Below are positions 1 through 9,468 of a DNA stretch of 39,065 bases, piece by piece; the stretch's first letter is position 1, and each line of letters begins with the position of its first letter. Origin of the DNA: a virus (taxonomy: Duplodnaviria; Caudoviricetes); IMG/VR virus record IMGVR_UViG_3300020045_003955, positions 1 to 39,065 of that record; one strand, 5' to 3'. The position numbers and the translations under genes are program-made. The notes under the pieces are model-generated. The model saw nothing but the letters and a program-made list of their open reading frames with translations. It made no database searches and was not told the origin of the DNA.

Positions 1-121
1 GACAGGTCTGCCCGTATCCCCATTTGCTAACGCAAGCCATTGAACGCCCTGCCGAAAAGCAGAGTCCCCAATGTTGTACTCTGTGTTTGTTATAACTGCC
101 ATTTTAGTCTCCTGTTTGGTT
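1..121. repeat. Terminal direct repeat, copy 1 (circular assembly overlap)
   Basis: Bases 1-121 are identical to 38945-39065. The repeat falls inside a gene (5' end of 38663-39046), so it is most likely a k-mer overlap of a circular contig. Confidence 0.95.
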
Positions 122-340
122 AAGCTTGTCTGTATTAACAACAACCGCGCCATTGACAATATCCCATGCATCTGCGGTTGTGTGGTCTTGCGGCAATGAG
201 TCATTCTTAATCACGATATACTCACAAAATGGAACAATGCTTGCCTCTGCGATTTCTTGAATACTCATTGTTTCCAGTGCTTGCTGCGATGGTGCAACAA
301 TCGTGACGGGTTCGTTTTCTCTTTGGTAAGCTAATAACAT
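104..340 (-). CDS. Putative tail fibre assembly/chaperone protein
   Basis: 78 aa, SD ggagaag, directly after a tail fibre gene. The IVAPS..MSIQEIA...LPQDHT.ADAWD pattern is typical of small proteins following phage fibre genes. Confidence 0.6.
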   Translation of the reverse strand: MLLAYQRENEPVTIVAPSQQALETMSIQEIAEASIVPFCEYIVIKNDSLPQDHTTADAWDIVNGAVVVNTDKLNQTGD

Positions 341-349
341 TTCTTCTCC

Positions 350-1627
350 TTATACGTGAACCAGCATATAGACATTGGTCACATCACCTGCGCTTGTATT
401 AAACACGCCACTCGTAATATAAATTTGTGTCGTTGTGTTCCCCGTCGTATTTACAGCAATATCGCCATTGCCGCCATTAACCTTACTGGTCAGAGAAACA
501 TAGTAGTTTGCATCAGGTGCAGCGGAAGTCATTGTGACTGTATAAGCGCCCGTTCCAGTACGAGAAACGGAAGTTATGTTGTAGCTTTTAACAATGGACG
601 CGGTTGTAATGCCTGTGAAGTTAACAGCGGCGTAGACCTTCGGTTCCGATGTTGTGGTAGTCGCCCACTCAGGCGCAGTCGCCCCAGCGTTCATGCGAAG
701 CTGTTGCAGTGCAGTTCCTTTTGGTAACTTGGCAAGCGTGTTCGCGCCAGAGGCGTATAGTATATCACCTTGCGTATATGTCGTCTGGTTCGTTCCGCCA
801 CGGGTTTCCGCAAGAGTGCCTGTTGTGCCGGCGGCAATTGGCAAACCGGTGCAATTTGTCAGTGTTCCACTTGATGGCGTTCCCAGTGCGGGAGTGACGA
901 GGGTGGGGGTACTAATAGTCGGCGAAGTTTCGCGCACGATATTACCAGTCCCGCTAAAACTATTTCCACCTAGCGTAAAAGTTCCAGACGCGTTCGGGAA
1001 AGTCCATACTCTATTGACTGTTAAAGCAGACATTGAAATCGTACCAGTGTTCGCACTATCACTGTCTAAAACAATCTGGTTCGTGCTTCCTGTAAGGTTC
1101 AGTGTATCAAATGTCGGTGTACCGCCCGTGGATATCTTGCTATCTAATTGCGTCTGCACCGCACTTGTAACGCCTTTGACGTAACTCAATTCCGTCAGGT
1201 TAGGGTAGGTAACCGTAGGAAGCGCCGTAAGTGTTTTTGATGCGCCAAAACTAGCAATTGTATTTGCAGTGGCTGCATCAAAATTCCAACCACCATATGC
1301 AGTGGCGTTTGCGCCACCACCAGCACCAAGCAGCAGGCAATCTGCGCCAGAATTACTTTCCAGAACAATGCCGCCGGATGTATTGGCCGTCACTGTCGTC
1401 GTGGTCAGATTATCACCAGTAAAGACAAAATCACCATCCGTACAAGCAGAGTTAAACTGCGCTTTCGTACCCGTAATGCCGACTATGCTTGTGCCAGTAA
1501 ATGAAACGCCAGTAAGCGTGACATTGGCGATATCGCCGCCCGTGATATTTACATCCCAATACTCTTGACCAGCCAGATAATCACCCAGTCTTTGTAATCC
1601 GCCAATTGTAGGTGCGCCATCAGACAT
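350..1627 (-). CDS. Tail fibre protein
   Basis: 425 aa, rich in T/G/S/A. Fibre motifs ELSYVKGVTSAVQTQLDSK, PTLVTPALGTPSSGTLTNCTGLP and GGTNQTTYTQGDILYASG; C-terminal SYNITSVSRTGTGAYTV tip domain. Confidence 0.85.
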   Translation of the reverse strand: MSDGAPTIGGLQRLGDYLAGQEYWDVNITGGDIANVTLTGVSFTGTSIVGITGTKAQFNSACTDGDFVFTGDNLTTTTVTANTSGGIVLESNSGADCLLLGAGGGANATAYGGWNFDAATANTIASFGASKTLTALPTVTYPNLTELSYVKGVTSAVQTQLDSKISTGGTPTFDTLNLTGSTNQIVLDSDSANTGTISMSALTVNRVWTFPNASGTFTLGGNSFSGTGNIVRETSPTISTPTLVTPALGTPSSGTLTNCTGLPIAAGTTGTLAETRGGTNQTTYTQGDILYASGANTLAKLPKGTALQQLRMNAGATAPEWATTTTSEPKVYAAVNFTGITTASIVKSYNITSVSRTGTGAYTVTMTSAAPDANYYVSLTSKVNGGNGDIAVNTTGNTTTQIYITSGVFNTSAGDVTNVYMLVHV

Positions 1628-1690
1628 GCTTATTCCTCATTATGGTGGCTTGGGTTACAGTACCATAGTTTTGATTTGGTTTCAATTGCT

Positions 1691-3349
1691 TCATTGCGTG
1701 CCTTGGTTCTGTATTGCAAGATTTGACAAAGCCGAACCAGCGGCCTTTGAAGTCGCGCCTACAGGCTTTCTACGTAGCAAAGATTCTACCAGTTTTTGGT
1801 TTCTATTCACTAGGGATTGTCCTAACCGATTAACGCCTAATGCAGCCGCTGTTTTCGGTAAACCGAGAGCCGCGCCACCCAAAACCGTGCCGCCCGTACC
1901 TATGCTATCTCCCGCTGTGCTACCCATAGAAGGCTTGATATACCGGTCTGAAATTCTGGCAAGGTTTAGCAATTTGTCGGAATCGTTAAAGGCAGCATTA
2001 TTGTAAACTGGCGAAGACAAGACGTTTGAAAGTAATCTCTTTGGGTTAATTGTGCCTTCAGTGCTTTCAACATTTCTTTGAAGCGTTTTGAGATACTTAT
2101 ATTGCTCTCTTGTTTTTGAAAGCTTTTCTGCCTTTTCAGGAGTCAAGTTTCTATAAAGCAAATCATCAAGTGTTTCGCTTAATTCACCATAATAGGAAGC
2201 TGCCTCTGATTTAGAGTTAGAAAGCTTGGAAAGTCTGGTACGAATCTTCGCTATTTTTTCAGCAGGAATCGTGCCGTCTTTCGCTGCGTTCAAAATTTCA
2301 TCTATATATTTTTGAACAGATCTGGAAACGTCAGGCAGACCAAGGTCAGCAGCGTCTAGCGAAACCGCCTGCAAACGCTCTGTGAACGGCATGTCCAGTC
2401 GAGGACTAACACCAGAATAAACAGTATCGAAAACATCGCCAAGTTCCTTTCTGCGAGTTGCCATAACAGACGGGGTTAATTCGTCTGCATTTGAACCAAT
2501 AAGATTAGAAGCAGCTTTTGTCAAGGCTTTTGTTTGTTTTTCAGCAAATGCTGTTGAGCCAGACAGGGGAAGCGCATCACTTACCCGCGCAACTGTTTTT
2601 GCCGCGCTATTGTTGCTTACTTGTGCGGCTGTAAGCGGGATATTAAATTCATTTTTAGCCATATTAGCAAGCTCTTGACCAGCCTTTAACGGCGCTTTTA
2701 CGTTTGTTGGCTTTGTTAGTAGCCCCAAAGCACTACTTGGCGCGGACAATGGTGTTTGTGCCACCATTTCAGTGCCGAAATCAATAACATTCTCTAAGCG
2801 GTTTTGAGGCTGTAATTCATTATTTGTCATCGCATCAATACCAGCCAGTGTTTCATCGCGCATATAAGGGCGTGTGCGGGATTTTTCTAGGGCGCGATAT
2901 AGTCCGCTATCTTTAAGGCCAACCGCCCCTAATGCGGTTTGTTCAGCCGCGCTTATGGTATCGGTGATTAAACGGGGCGCATCACCAATTGCACTTAGTC
3001 CAGCAAGGGCAGAACGGCCAAAACGGGCAACAGGGCGCAGTAATTGTTTACCGAGTGGCATCTGCGGTGCAGCTTCTGCAATAGGCACAGATGGCGCTAT
3101 GCCAGCCGCCTTCATTAGCTCGTCATCCGATAAACCGCTTAAATCTGATTGTGGAGCAACGCCGTTTTCTTTTAACATCAAGGCATCAATGGCCGCTTTA
3201 TCTGGCAGAGGTATTACACCACCCAAGTCATTCTGGGTATTCATTGGGCGAGGGGCGGGTAACATTGTATTAATGCCCTCTGCGCTTGTTGCTGTTAAGC
3301 CAGCGGCCCTCATTAGTTCTTCATCAGATAATTGACTTAAATCGGTCAT
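1691..3349 (-). CDS. Internal virion / DNA ejection protein (large)
   Basis: 552 aa, Ala/Leu-rich and helical; last of three such genes after the nozzle, as in podovirus ejection clusters. Confidence 0.65.
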   Translation of the reverse strand: MTDLSQLSDEELMRAAGLTATSAEGINTMLPAPRPMNTQNDLGGVIPLPDKAAIDALMLKENGVAPQSDLSGLSDDELMKAAGIAPSVPIAEAAPQMPLGKQLLRPVARFGRSALAGLSAIGDAPRLITDTISAAEQTALGAVGLKDSGLYRALEKSRTRPYMRDETLAGIDAMTNNELQPQNRLENVIDFGTEMVAQTPLSAPSSALGLLTKPTNVKAPLKAGQELANMAKNEFNIPLTAAQVSNNSAAKTVARVSDALPLSGSTAFAEKQTKALTKAASNLIGSNADELTPSVMATRRKELGDVFDTVYSGVSPRLDMPFTERLQAVSLDAADLGLPDVSRSVQKYIDEILNAAKDGTIPAEKIAKIRTRLSKLSNSKSEAASYYGELSETLDDLLYRNLTPEKAEKLSKTREQYKYLKTLQRNVESTEGTINPKRLLSNVLSSPVYNNAAFNDSDKLLNLARISDRYIKPSMGSTAGDSIGTGGTVLGGAALGLPKTAAALGVNRLGQSLVNRNQKLVESLLRRKPVGATSKAAGSALSNLAIQNQGTQ

Positions 3350-4242
3350 TGCTTGATTAATCCCCTGCGGATAAGTTCGGCACGAGCAGCAGCGGGGTCG
3401 ATGGATTGTTTACCAGTATACTTCTCATTCAAGCTTTGAATTGTATCCAAAGCAGCAAGCCTGTCTTCCGTAGGAATATTTGTGTTTGCCACGTCACCAG
3501 CAGCCTGTTTGTATAATTCAACATCGAGAACGCCTTGCGGGCCCTCAAAGCGCGGTACGTTAGATGTAAGGGCTGCGGCAATAGCTTTTAATCCAGCATC
3601 TGCCTGAGTGGCTTCATCGCTAACATTAAAGAGTGCTTTGCCACCTTTAACAGCAGTAGCAACACCGCCGCTTGTGGCTTTAGGTAACAGCAATTTAGCT
3701 TGCTCCACCAAACCAAGAACATTAACGGCTTGTGCTTGTTTCTTCCCAAGCTCACCAGCCGCCTCGCCCGCAACTTCCGCTTGCTTAACGGCAGCGGTAA
3801 CGGCTGGCTGGCCAGCTAGTTCCGCATCCAATTGCGCTTGTGTTTTAGCACCTTCTTGAGCCGCTTGGTATTCAGGCGTTTCTGTGATTTTAGGGGTTTT
3901 AACAAATTCTTGCGACAAACCCTCGCCAACTGGGGCCAGTACGCCTTGCGTGCCACCAAGGTCAATAATCTGCTGCGAACGTTTCACACGCAGGTATTCT
4001 TCTTTTTGAGCAGGGGTCAGAGAATTCCAATATTGATATTCACGGACAGCGGACGGGTCCTGCCCACCCGTTTTGGCCGTGTTCGCATCATTAACCGCCC
4101 CGTAATAAGCTTGCGCCATCTCCGGACGGTTTGCGAATAACCCGAGCATTGTCTTTTGTTCGCGCTGCTTCTCGTATTGGTCGATTAAGCCGGGCAATGC
4201 AGTCGCGCCTAATTGTCCTAAAGCGCCAAAGAAATTAGCCAT
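3346..4242 (-). CDS. Internal virion / DNA ejection protein
   Basis: 298 aa, Ala/Gln-rich, PSAVREYQY motif, translationally coupled within the ejection cluster. Confidence 0.65.
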   Translation of the reverse strand: MANFFGALGQLGATALPGLIDQYEKQREQKTMLGLFANRPEMAQAYYGAVNDANTAKTGGQDPSAVREYQYWNSLTPAQKEEYLRVKRSQQIIDLGGTQGVLAPVGEGLSQEFVKTPKITETPEYQAAQEGAKTQAQLDAELAGQPAVTAAVKQAEVAGEAAGELGKKQAQAVNVLGLVEQAKLLLPKATSGGVATAVKGGKALFNVSDEATQADAGLKAIAAALTSNVPRFEGPQGVLDVELYKQAAGDVANTNIPTEDRLAALDTIQSLNEKYTGKQSIDPAAARAELIRRGLIKQ

Positions 4243-5288
4243 TATGCAACCTCCTCAAATTTAACGCCGAGCATGTCATAATTAACCGCTTTGTAGCCGC
4301 TAATCTCAACAACAGCCTCTGGTTTAAGCTTTTCGACCTCTTGGGCTATAACGCCTTTGTATTTCTTGTCATCACCTTTATAGCGGAATGTATATACATT
4401 GTAACCGTTTTCTTGGCCCAAAGGTTCAATATCACATTTCAAACGCTCATCAGAGAAGAAGCTACTTCCTGACCAGTTAATGCCCGTAGACGGGTCAAGG
4501 CCGCCTGTAAGACCAGTGGACGCACCAAAGCCCGCAAGCGAACTACCCATGCCACCACCCATAGCCGCACCTAATGCAGTGCCAGCACCCGGTGCGATTG
4601 CATTCAAGGCAAGAGGGGCTACGGTTTTTAGTAAACTACCAATACCGCCACCAGATTTAACCGTGTACTCCTTGCTGCCAAAGTTACCAAACTCTGTTGG
4701 AACTCCAGCTAATGCAGCTTGATTAGCACTTAAAGCCGCATATGGAGCTTGTTTTGTGGCGGAATCAAGGCCGCGCTCAAACTCGCCGCCAAGGAATGCA
4801 TTGGACAGGTCTTGTTGTTTCAATCCAGCCAATGGCCCTAGTGCTTGATTGATTGCTGTGTTGTATTGGCTTTGACGGAATCCACCGATATTATTTAATC
4901 GTTGTTGCTCTACGTCAGAGGTCTGTAAGAAATTGCGATTTGACCCCATTTGTCCAGCTTGCGCACCAGCCTGATTGACTAGACTATTCTGCCCTTGTGC
5001 CTGTCTGTTCAAATCTTGGATGACATACTCATCAAAAGGATTTTGTAACATAGCCAGATCAGCTTGTAGTGATTCAGCTGTTGGCGCGGTGCCTTGATTA
5101 ATACGACTTATGGCAGATTGCTCGCCTTGCGTCATGGGTAATGGTGTAAAGGCTTGCGTATTTAATCCACTGCCAGCGACCTGATTGGTCTGGCCTAGAA
5201 TGTTATTGTATAAATCCTGATACCCCTGCGGCTGGCTATAGAAACCAGTTGCAGGTACAGTTGTTTTGCTACCCGAAAAGAAACCCAA
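4242..5288 (-). CDS. DNA ejection (pilot-like) protein with C-terminal Peptidase S74 intramolecular chaperone domain
   Basis: TTG start. Gln/Gly-rich body, Gly-rich hydrophobic stretch, then SDERLKCDI...YTFRYK...GVIAQEVEKLKPEAV...YKAVNY (S74 signature). Confidence 0.75.
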   Translation of the reverse strand: MGFFSGSKTTVPATGFYSQPQGYQDLYNNILGQTNQVAGSGLNTQAFTPLPMTQGEQSAISRINQGTAPTAESLQADLAMLQNPFDEYVIQDLNRQAQGQNSLVNQAGAQAGQMGSNRNFLQTSDVEQQRLNNIGGFRQSQYNTAINQALGPLAGLKQQDLSNAFLGGEFERGLDSATKQAPYAALSANQAALAGVPTEFGNFGSKEYTVKSGGGIGSLLKTVAPLALNAIAPGAGTALGAAMGGGMGSSLAGFGASTGLTGGLDPSTGINWSGSSFFSDERLKCDIEPLGQENGYNVYTFRYKGDDKKYKGVIAQEVEKLKPEAVVEISGYKAVNYDMLGVKFEEVA

Positions 5289-5289
5289 A

Positions 5290-5571
5290 CTACCAACTCC
5301 CCAGCGCGGCCCTGCGCCACTCTGCGTTACCGCTGCCTAAATCTACAAGAATGTAAACATAGTCAGCATCATATGAAATGTCCCCGACTTTATCGCCAGA
5401 GATTACGTTAGTGGCTCCTGACGGAATTCTACCACTTAAACGACCGCGAATAAAGCGGTTATTTAAATTGTCAAAATCTTTCAGGTCCACCCTGCGTTCA
5501 CGAATCATCTCGCCAACGGATTCAGCCACGTCAGCAATGTTTTCAGAGCGCAAATCAGTATATGGGTTCAT
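5290..5571 (-). CDS. Small virion-associated protein
   Basis: 93 aa, coupled to the nozzle gene; C-terminal GDISYDADYVYI...WRRAAL motif. Confidence 0.6.
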   Translation of the reverse strand: MNPYTDLRSENIADVAESVGEMIRERRVDLKDFDNLNNRFIRGRLSGRIPSGATNVISGDKVGDISYDADYVYILVDLGSGNAEWRRAALGSW

Positions 5572-7613
5572 TGTGTAGCCCCCATTTGTCCGTCTTCAAA
5601 CCAGACACCCATTTCCCAATCCTGCCCAAGTACGGCGCCTTCCCACTGATATTGGGTATACCGCGCACCATGTGGAAGCTGAATGTTTTCAGTCATGGGT
5701 GAAACTGTAACGGCCTTTTGATAAAATTGATTAACTGATTGAGGGTATTTGTAACCCGTGGCTGTGAAGGTTATGTCGCCAATCTGATTACTATCAGGAA
5801 TAACACCGGTTAAGTTCATAGCTTCTTTCCCAGCGTACATGCGCGGGCCGGTAAGGGTGAATTGTAGCGGGTCAGTGTTGTCATCCTTGCCTAATTCGTG
5901 CTTGTAAAGCAGAGAGGACGATGCCAAGTAAGGGTTAGGCGTTTTAACAGAAGGATATTCAGCCGCTGTGCGGGTCATTTCATCAATTGACCATGTGTTT
6001 GTCTTTAATTCCACACGAATTACTCTATCGCACTCATTCGATCCAGCCGAAGGGTAATGAAACCACACTTCATCAAATTTAGGGTTATACCATGCGAATA
6101 TCTTGGACTTTTGACCTACGTTTAAATTGTCAAACACATACCTAAGCGCGGTGCATTGCTCTGAACCGTTAGCAGGCAGGATTTCAACCTTTCCGCCGCG
6201 ATATACGTGGAAATTGCTTTGTGACATCCAATAGGCAACACCTTTTACGGAAACACGGGCCATTGGGGAAATAATACCAATTGTCTCGTCAAGGGATTGT
6301 ATTTCCCACACCAAAGGAAGCCCGATATAACGGAATGTATATGTCTGGCTTTCGGTAAAAATGAGGTTCAAATCACGTGTTGGACAGTGAGACGTGAGGC
6401 GTCCTGCGCCCTCAATGTCATCAACAAACACTTGATTAATAGAGGAGGAAGTCCACACTGTAGGCGCGTTCTGGTCAGACGTTTCAATGCCGTTTTCGTT
6501 TGTAGCACCAAAAGTAACAATAATACCATTGGAAACAAAAGCGTAGTTAATGGCCGCTGGCGCGTTTGTGATAAGTGTAGGGGCTGTATCTGTGTTATTA
6601 AGCCATTGATACAATCCGCCTTGATTGCCCGGGGTCCCGATAATCGTGTTCCCAAATCTGTCCATGAACCACGTGCGCGGGTATGAACGGGACGCCGATG
6701 ACGTTAAAGCGGTGCCGTATAGCCCTGAGCCATATAACCCAGCGCCATAGCCCTGAGAAGCTGATTCACTCACTGCCCCAATAGGTATTTCTTGAGAATA
6801 CACTGTCGAAGCACCACCTGCCGCCGTTACTGAGGAAGTCGCCACTCCTGTTGTCACAATATCGAAGCTGTTTGTAGATACATTGCGGATGATATGCTCT
6901 TTGTTTATTGCCGCTGCCAAAACACCACCCGTAGCGGCTGCGCCAGATATCTTGACCCTATCGCCGTTAGCTTGCCCGTGAGCGGCATCGGTAACATTTA
7001 TGATGCCAGATGACCTAACCACGGCAGCGCCGCCGCCAGTGGTAGTTGCGTTGGCATTTGTGCCTACATTAATAGTATAATTCCCCGTACCAACGGAACG
7101 GACAATAGCATCTCCATTTATCGCACCTGCGAGAATGCCCGCGAATCCCGTTGCTCCTGATAAAGTGACCGTATCGCCAGCTTGAAAACGTGAAGCCTCA
7201 CTGTCAGTGACTGTCAAAACAGGCGAGCCAGATACCGAAGCCAAAGGATTACTGCTAAGTGTTGCATATTGCGTTGCCAGTGAATTAGCAATAGCGTCTG
7301 TGCTTGTCAAAAGCGGGGTGATATTGGTCAGTGTAGAGCCAATTAAGACATATAACTTCTCGTTTGTGCCTAGAATTGTATAGAGCTTACCAGATATAAA
7401 CTGCGTAAAGATCGTACGGCATACACCAGACATAGCGGCGCCATAATCAAACGTCTGCAATAACCAGCCGCCTATTTTTTCAGGTAATCCAAGAACAAAA
7501 CGAATGGCTTTTGTAAACGTGTAAAAAGGGGTAGCGGCAGAAGTCCAGTCCGTAATGGGCTGTACACCTGCTTGTATTTGTATCGGGCGGGGAGTCGATA
7601 CTTTTGTTGTCAT
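5568..7613 (-). CDS. Tail nozzle / packaged-DNA stabilisation protein (P22 gp10 / T7 gp12 analogue)
   Basis: 681 aa, beta-rich propeller-like; GLPEKIGGW near N-terminus, EVWFHYPS motif; position after adaptor and fibre. Confidence 0.75.
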   Translation of the reverse strand: MTTKVSTPRPIQIQAGVQPITDWTSAATPFYTFTKAIRFVLGLPEKIGGWLLQTFDYGAAMSGVCRTIFTQFISGKLYTILGTNEKLYVLIGSTLTNITPLLTSTDAIANSLATQYATLSSNPLASVSGSPVLTVTDSEASRFQAGDTVTLSGATGFAGILAGAINGDAIVRSVGTGNYTINVGTNANATTTGGGAAVVRSSGIINVTDAAHGQANGDRVKISGAAATGGVLAAAINKEHIIRNVSTNSFDIVTTGVATSSVTAAGGASTVYSQEIPIGAVSESASQGYGAGLYGSGLYGTALTSSASRSYPRTWFMDRFGNTIIGTPGNQGGLYQWLNNTDTAPTLITNAPAAINYAFVSNGIIVTFGATNENGIETSDQNAPTVWTSSSINQVFVDDIEGAGRLTSHCPTRDLNLIFTESQTYTFRYIGLPLVWEIQSLDETIGIISPMARVSVKGVAYWMSQSNFHVYRGGKVEILPANGSEQCTALRYVFDNLNVGQKSKIFAWYNPKFDEVWFHYPSAGSNECDRVIRVELKTNTWSIDEMTRTAAEYPSVKTPNPYLASSSLLYKHELGKDDNTDPLQFTLTGPRMYAGKEAMNLTGVIPDSNQIGDITFTATGYKYPQSVNQFYQKAVTVSPMTENIQLPHGARYTQYQWEGAVLGQDWEMGVWFEDGQMGATQ

Positions 7614-7614
7614 A

Positions 7615-8448
7615 CTATGCCCAAGTGCCTATTGCTATGTAATCAACATACTGCGCAACATCCACGGAGTTACTATCCCTGCATCTAAATAAACATGTGG
7701 TGGTTGTTCTATCCGTAGGTGAATCATCAAAGCTAACAATGACACCGAGGCCATGTGTTGACCCTGTAATCAAATAACCCTGATTGGCAAAAGCCGTGGG
7801 GAAAGTAATCGTACCAGACGAGGCCAGCGCACTGCGCCCTGCTTGTATCAAGATTCCGCCCGGAAGTTTAATGTAGGAACTATTTGGGGCCGTATCGCTA
7901 TTTGTTATGTTAGATATATCTTGCACTGCCGAGGCGGCAGCGGTGATAATACCGTTTGTATCAACAGTTATTGAGGGGACCGTGTAGGTGCCTGCTGCCA
8001 CGCCAGAAGGCTCTAGGCGCGATGTTTCAGCAATGATATTCCAAGTTGTTGTATCGCACTGCAAAACAACAAAATCATATCTATTGGCTAGAATATAGGA
8101 AGTCGCTCCATCAATCGTTTCCGAAGCATTCCCGTCAATCGTCACAGTGTTTGCCGTGACATCGGTTTTCTTAAAAGCAATCGTGAACCCGTCCTGCGTA
8201 GTGGCAGCGGGCGGTAAAGTAATAGTGAAGGAGGCGCCTGTCGCGTCTCCCTCGATTAGTTTCTTATTATCCTCAGCAACAACAGTGTAAGCCGTTGTCT
8301 TCGAGGACGTAACAAAGTTAGAAGCCACGAGCAATTGACTGTCAATTATGTCTAAATCATCGTTGAGATACCCACCCCACAAATCTTGATCTGTAGGGTC
8401 GTTTACTCCGGGCTTGATTAAATCAAAATTGGTCGTCAAAGAACTCAT
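7615..8448 (-). CDS. Tail fibre / tail appendage protein
   Basis: N-terminal LIKPG..DLWGGYLNDDLDIIDS anchor, SGVAAGTY..ITVD..GIIT repeat, C-terminal YIKLPGGILIQAG...ITFPTAF...YIAIG (gp53-like) domain. Confidence 0.8.
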   Translation of the reverse strand: MSSLTTNFDLIKPGVNDPTDQDLWGGYLNDDLDIIDSQLLVASNFVTSSKTTAYTVVAEDNKKLIEGDATGASFTITLPPAATTQDGFTIAFKKTDVTANTVTIDGNASETIDGATSYILANRYDFVVLQCDTTTWNIIAETSRLEPSGVAAGTYTVPSITVDTNGIITAAASAVQDISNITNSDTAPNSSYIKLPGGILIQAGRSALASSGTITFPTAFANQGYLITGSTHGLGVIVSFDDSPTDRTTTTCLFRCRDSNSVDVAQYVDYIAIGTWA

Positions 8449-8457
8449 GGCTCCCCC

Positions 8458-8733
8458 TTAGTTCAAGATTGCATAGTTATAAACACTAGTATCGGAGGCT
8501 GTTCCAGCGATTGCAAAACCTGTGCCGGGGGTGATTGTCTTGACGGCAGGGGTAGCGCCAACAGTGCCGCCAACGGTTTTTAACGTCACTAGAATTTGGG
8601 AATCAGCGGTAACTGCTGTATTGGCAACTACTACGTTTGTAGCGCCGTTACAAGTGAATGTACCTTGCGTCCAGCGTTTGCCGCCAGCATAGGTCGTCAG
8701 GCGCTTTAAAGAGCCTATAGTTGGTAAATGCAT
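8458..8733 (-). CDS. Small structural protein (head/tail fibre-like)
   Basis: 91 aa, VVVANTAVTADSQILVT...GTGFAI...DTSVYNYAI; SD aaggag. Confidence 0.65.
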   Translation of the reverse strand: MHLPTIGSLKRLTTYAGGKRWTQGTFTCNGATNVVVANTAVTADSQILVTLKTVGGTVGATPAVKTITPGTGFAIAGTASDTSVYNYAILN

Positions 8734-8761
8734 GTGGAATCTCCTTTGATTAAATATTTGT

Positions 8762-9403
8762 TCATGCGGTTAATAAACTGCTGCTCAATGTCAGCTTCCC
8801 TGTCCCGTTGGATTTGTTCCCTCTTTGACAAAGCCTTACAAATTCCGCATCGGCAGCCGAGCGATAATATGCTTCCATCTTATCGTCTTGACGCAATTCA
8901 GCGGATAAATTAGCCAGCGTCCACATGCATATCATGCGTGAAGCGTGGTCAGTAAAATCATTGGTGTCGCTTGTAGCAGACAAAGCGTCATAGTCTTTAA
9001 TGTAATGGCGCTGTATTGTGTAATTCTGGTCAGGAACCCACCATGTATGGTATTCATTGCCTAGGCGTGCGTAAAATCTTGGCAAACCTGTGCCGTTGGA
9101 AAGAAAATACCCGTCATATTGCTGTGCCGTGATTTTAACCAACGGATAGCGCGTATCGCTGTAGAAAATCGCAAAGCCATCATCATCGGAAAAAGGAAAA
9201 AGGAAATTGTCAGGCAGTGGAATAACTGCATTACCTGCGGTCAATGTAGCGGAATCGCGCACTTCATTAAACCAGAAGCGTGTAATTTTATAGTATTCAA
9301 TGGATTGATTAACAGCCTGCGTGATAGTCGCCAAAGAGACCGACTGATTGTTTGGATCAATCAACCGCGCTGATATATAGCTTTGTATTTCGCCTAGGTT
9401 CAT
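8762..9403 (-). CDS. Head-tail adaptor / tail tubular protein A
   Basis: Start reassigned to the ATG at 9403 (SD aaggatgg). MNLGEIQSYI...RFWFNE...GLPRFYA pattern; position downstream of the capsid genes. Confidence 0.7.
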   Translation of the reverse strand: MNLGEIQSYISARLIDPNNQSVSLATITQAVNQSIEYYKITRFWFNEVRDSATLTAGNAVIPLPDNFLFPFSDDDGFAIFYSDTRYPLVKITAQQYDGYFLSNGTGLPRFYARLGNEYHTWWVPDQNYTIQRHYIKDYDALSATSDTNDFTDHASRMICMWTLANLSAELRQDDKMEAYYRSAADAEFVRLCQRGNKSNGTGKLTLSSSLLTA

Positions 9404-9421
9404 AATCCATCCTTTGAAAGC

Positions 9422-9460
9422 CACACGCGGGGGAAAGGGCCACCAATACCCCCGCGCATG
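9422..9460 (-). terminator. 12-bp GC-rich hairpin with 15-nt anti-SD-containing loop after the capsid genes (terminator/stabiliser or antisense element)
   Basis: Minus RNA CAUGCGCGGGGG-[UAUUGGUGGCCCUUU]-CCCCCGCGUGUG. Two G-U pairs exist only on the minus strand; the U tail is weak. Confidence 0.7.
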
Positions 9461-9468
9461 TTCTTTTA

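Noticed and set aside
1-121. Biological direct terminal repeat (T7-like)
   Set aside because: It cuts through a coding gene and its length fits an assembler k-mer overlap, so circular assembly is the simpler explanation.
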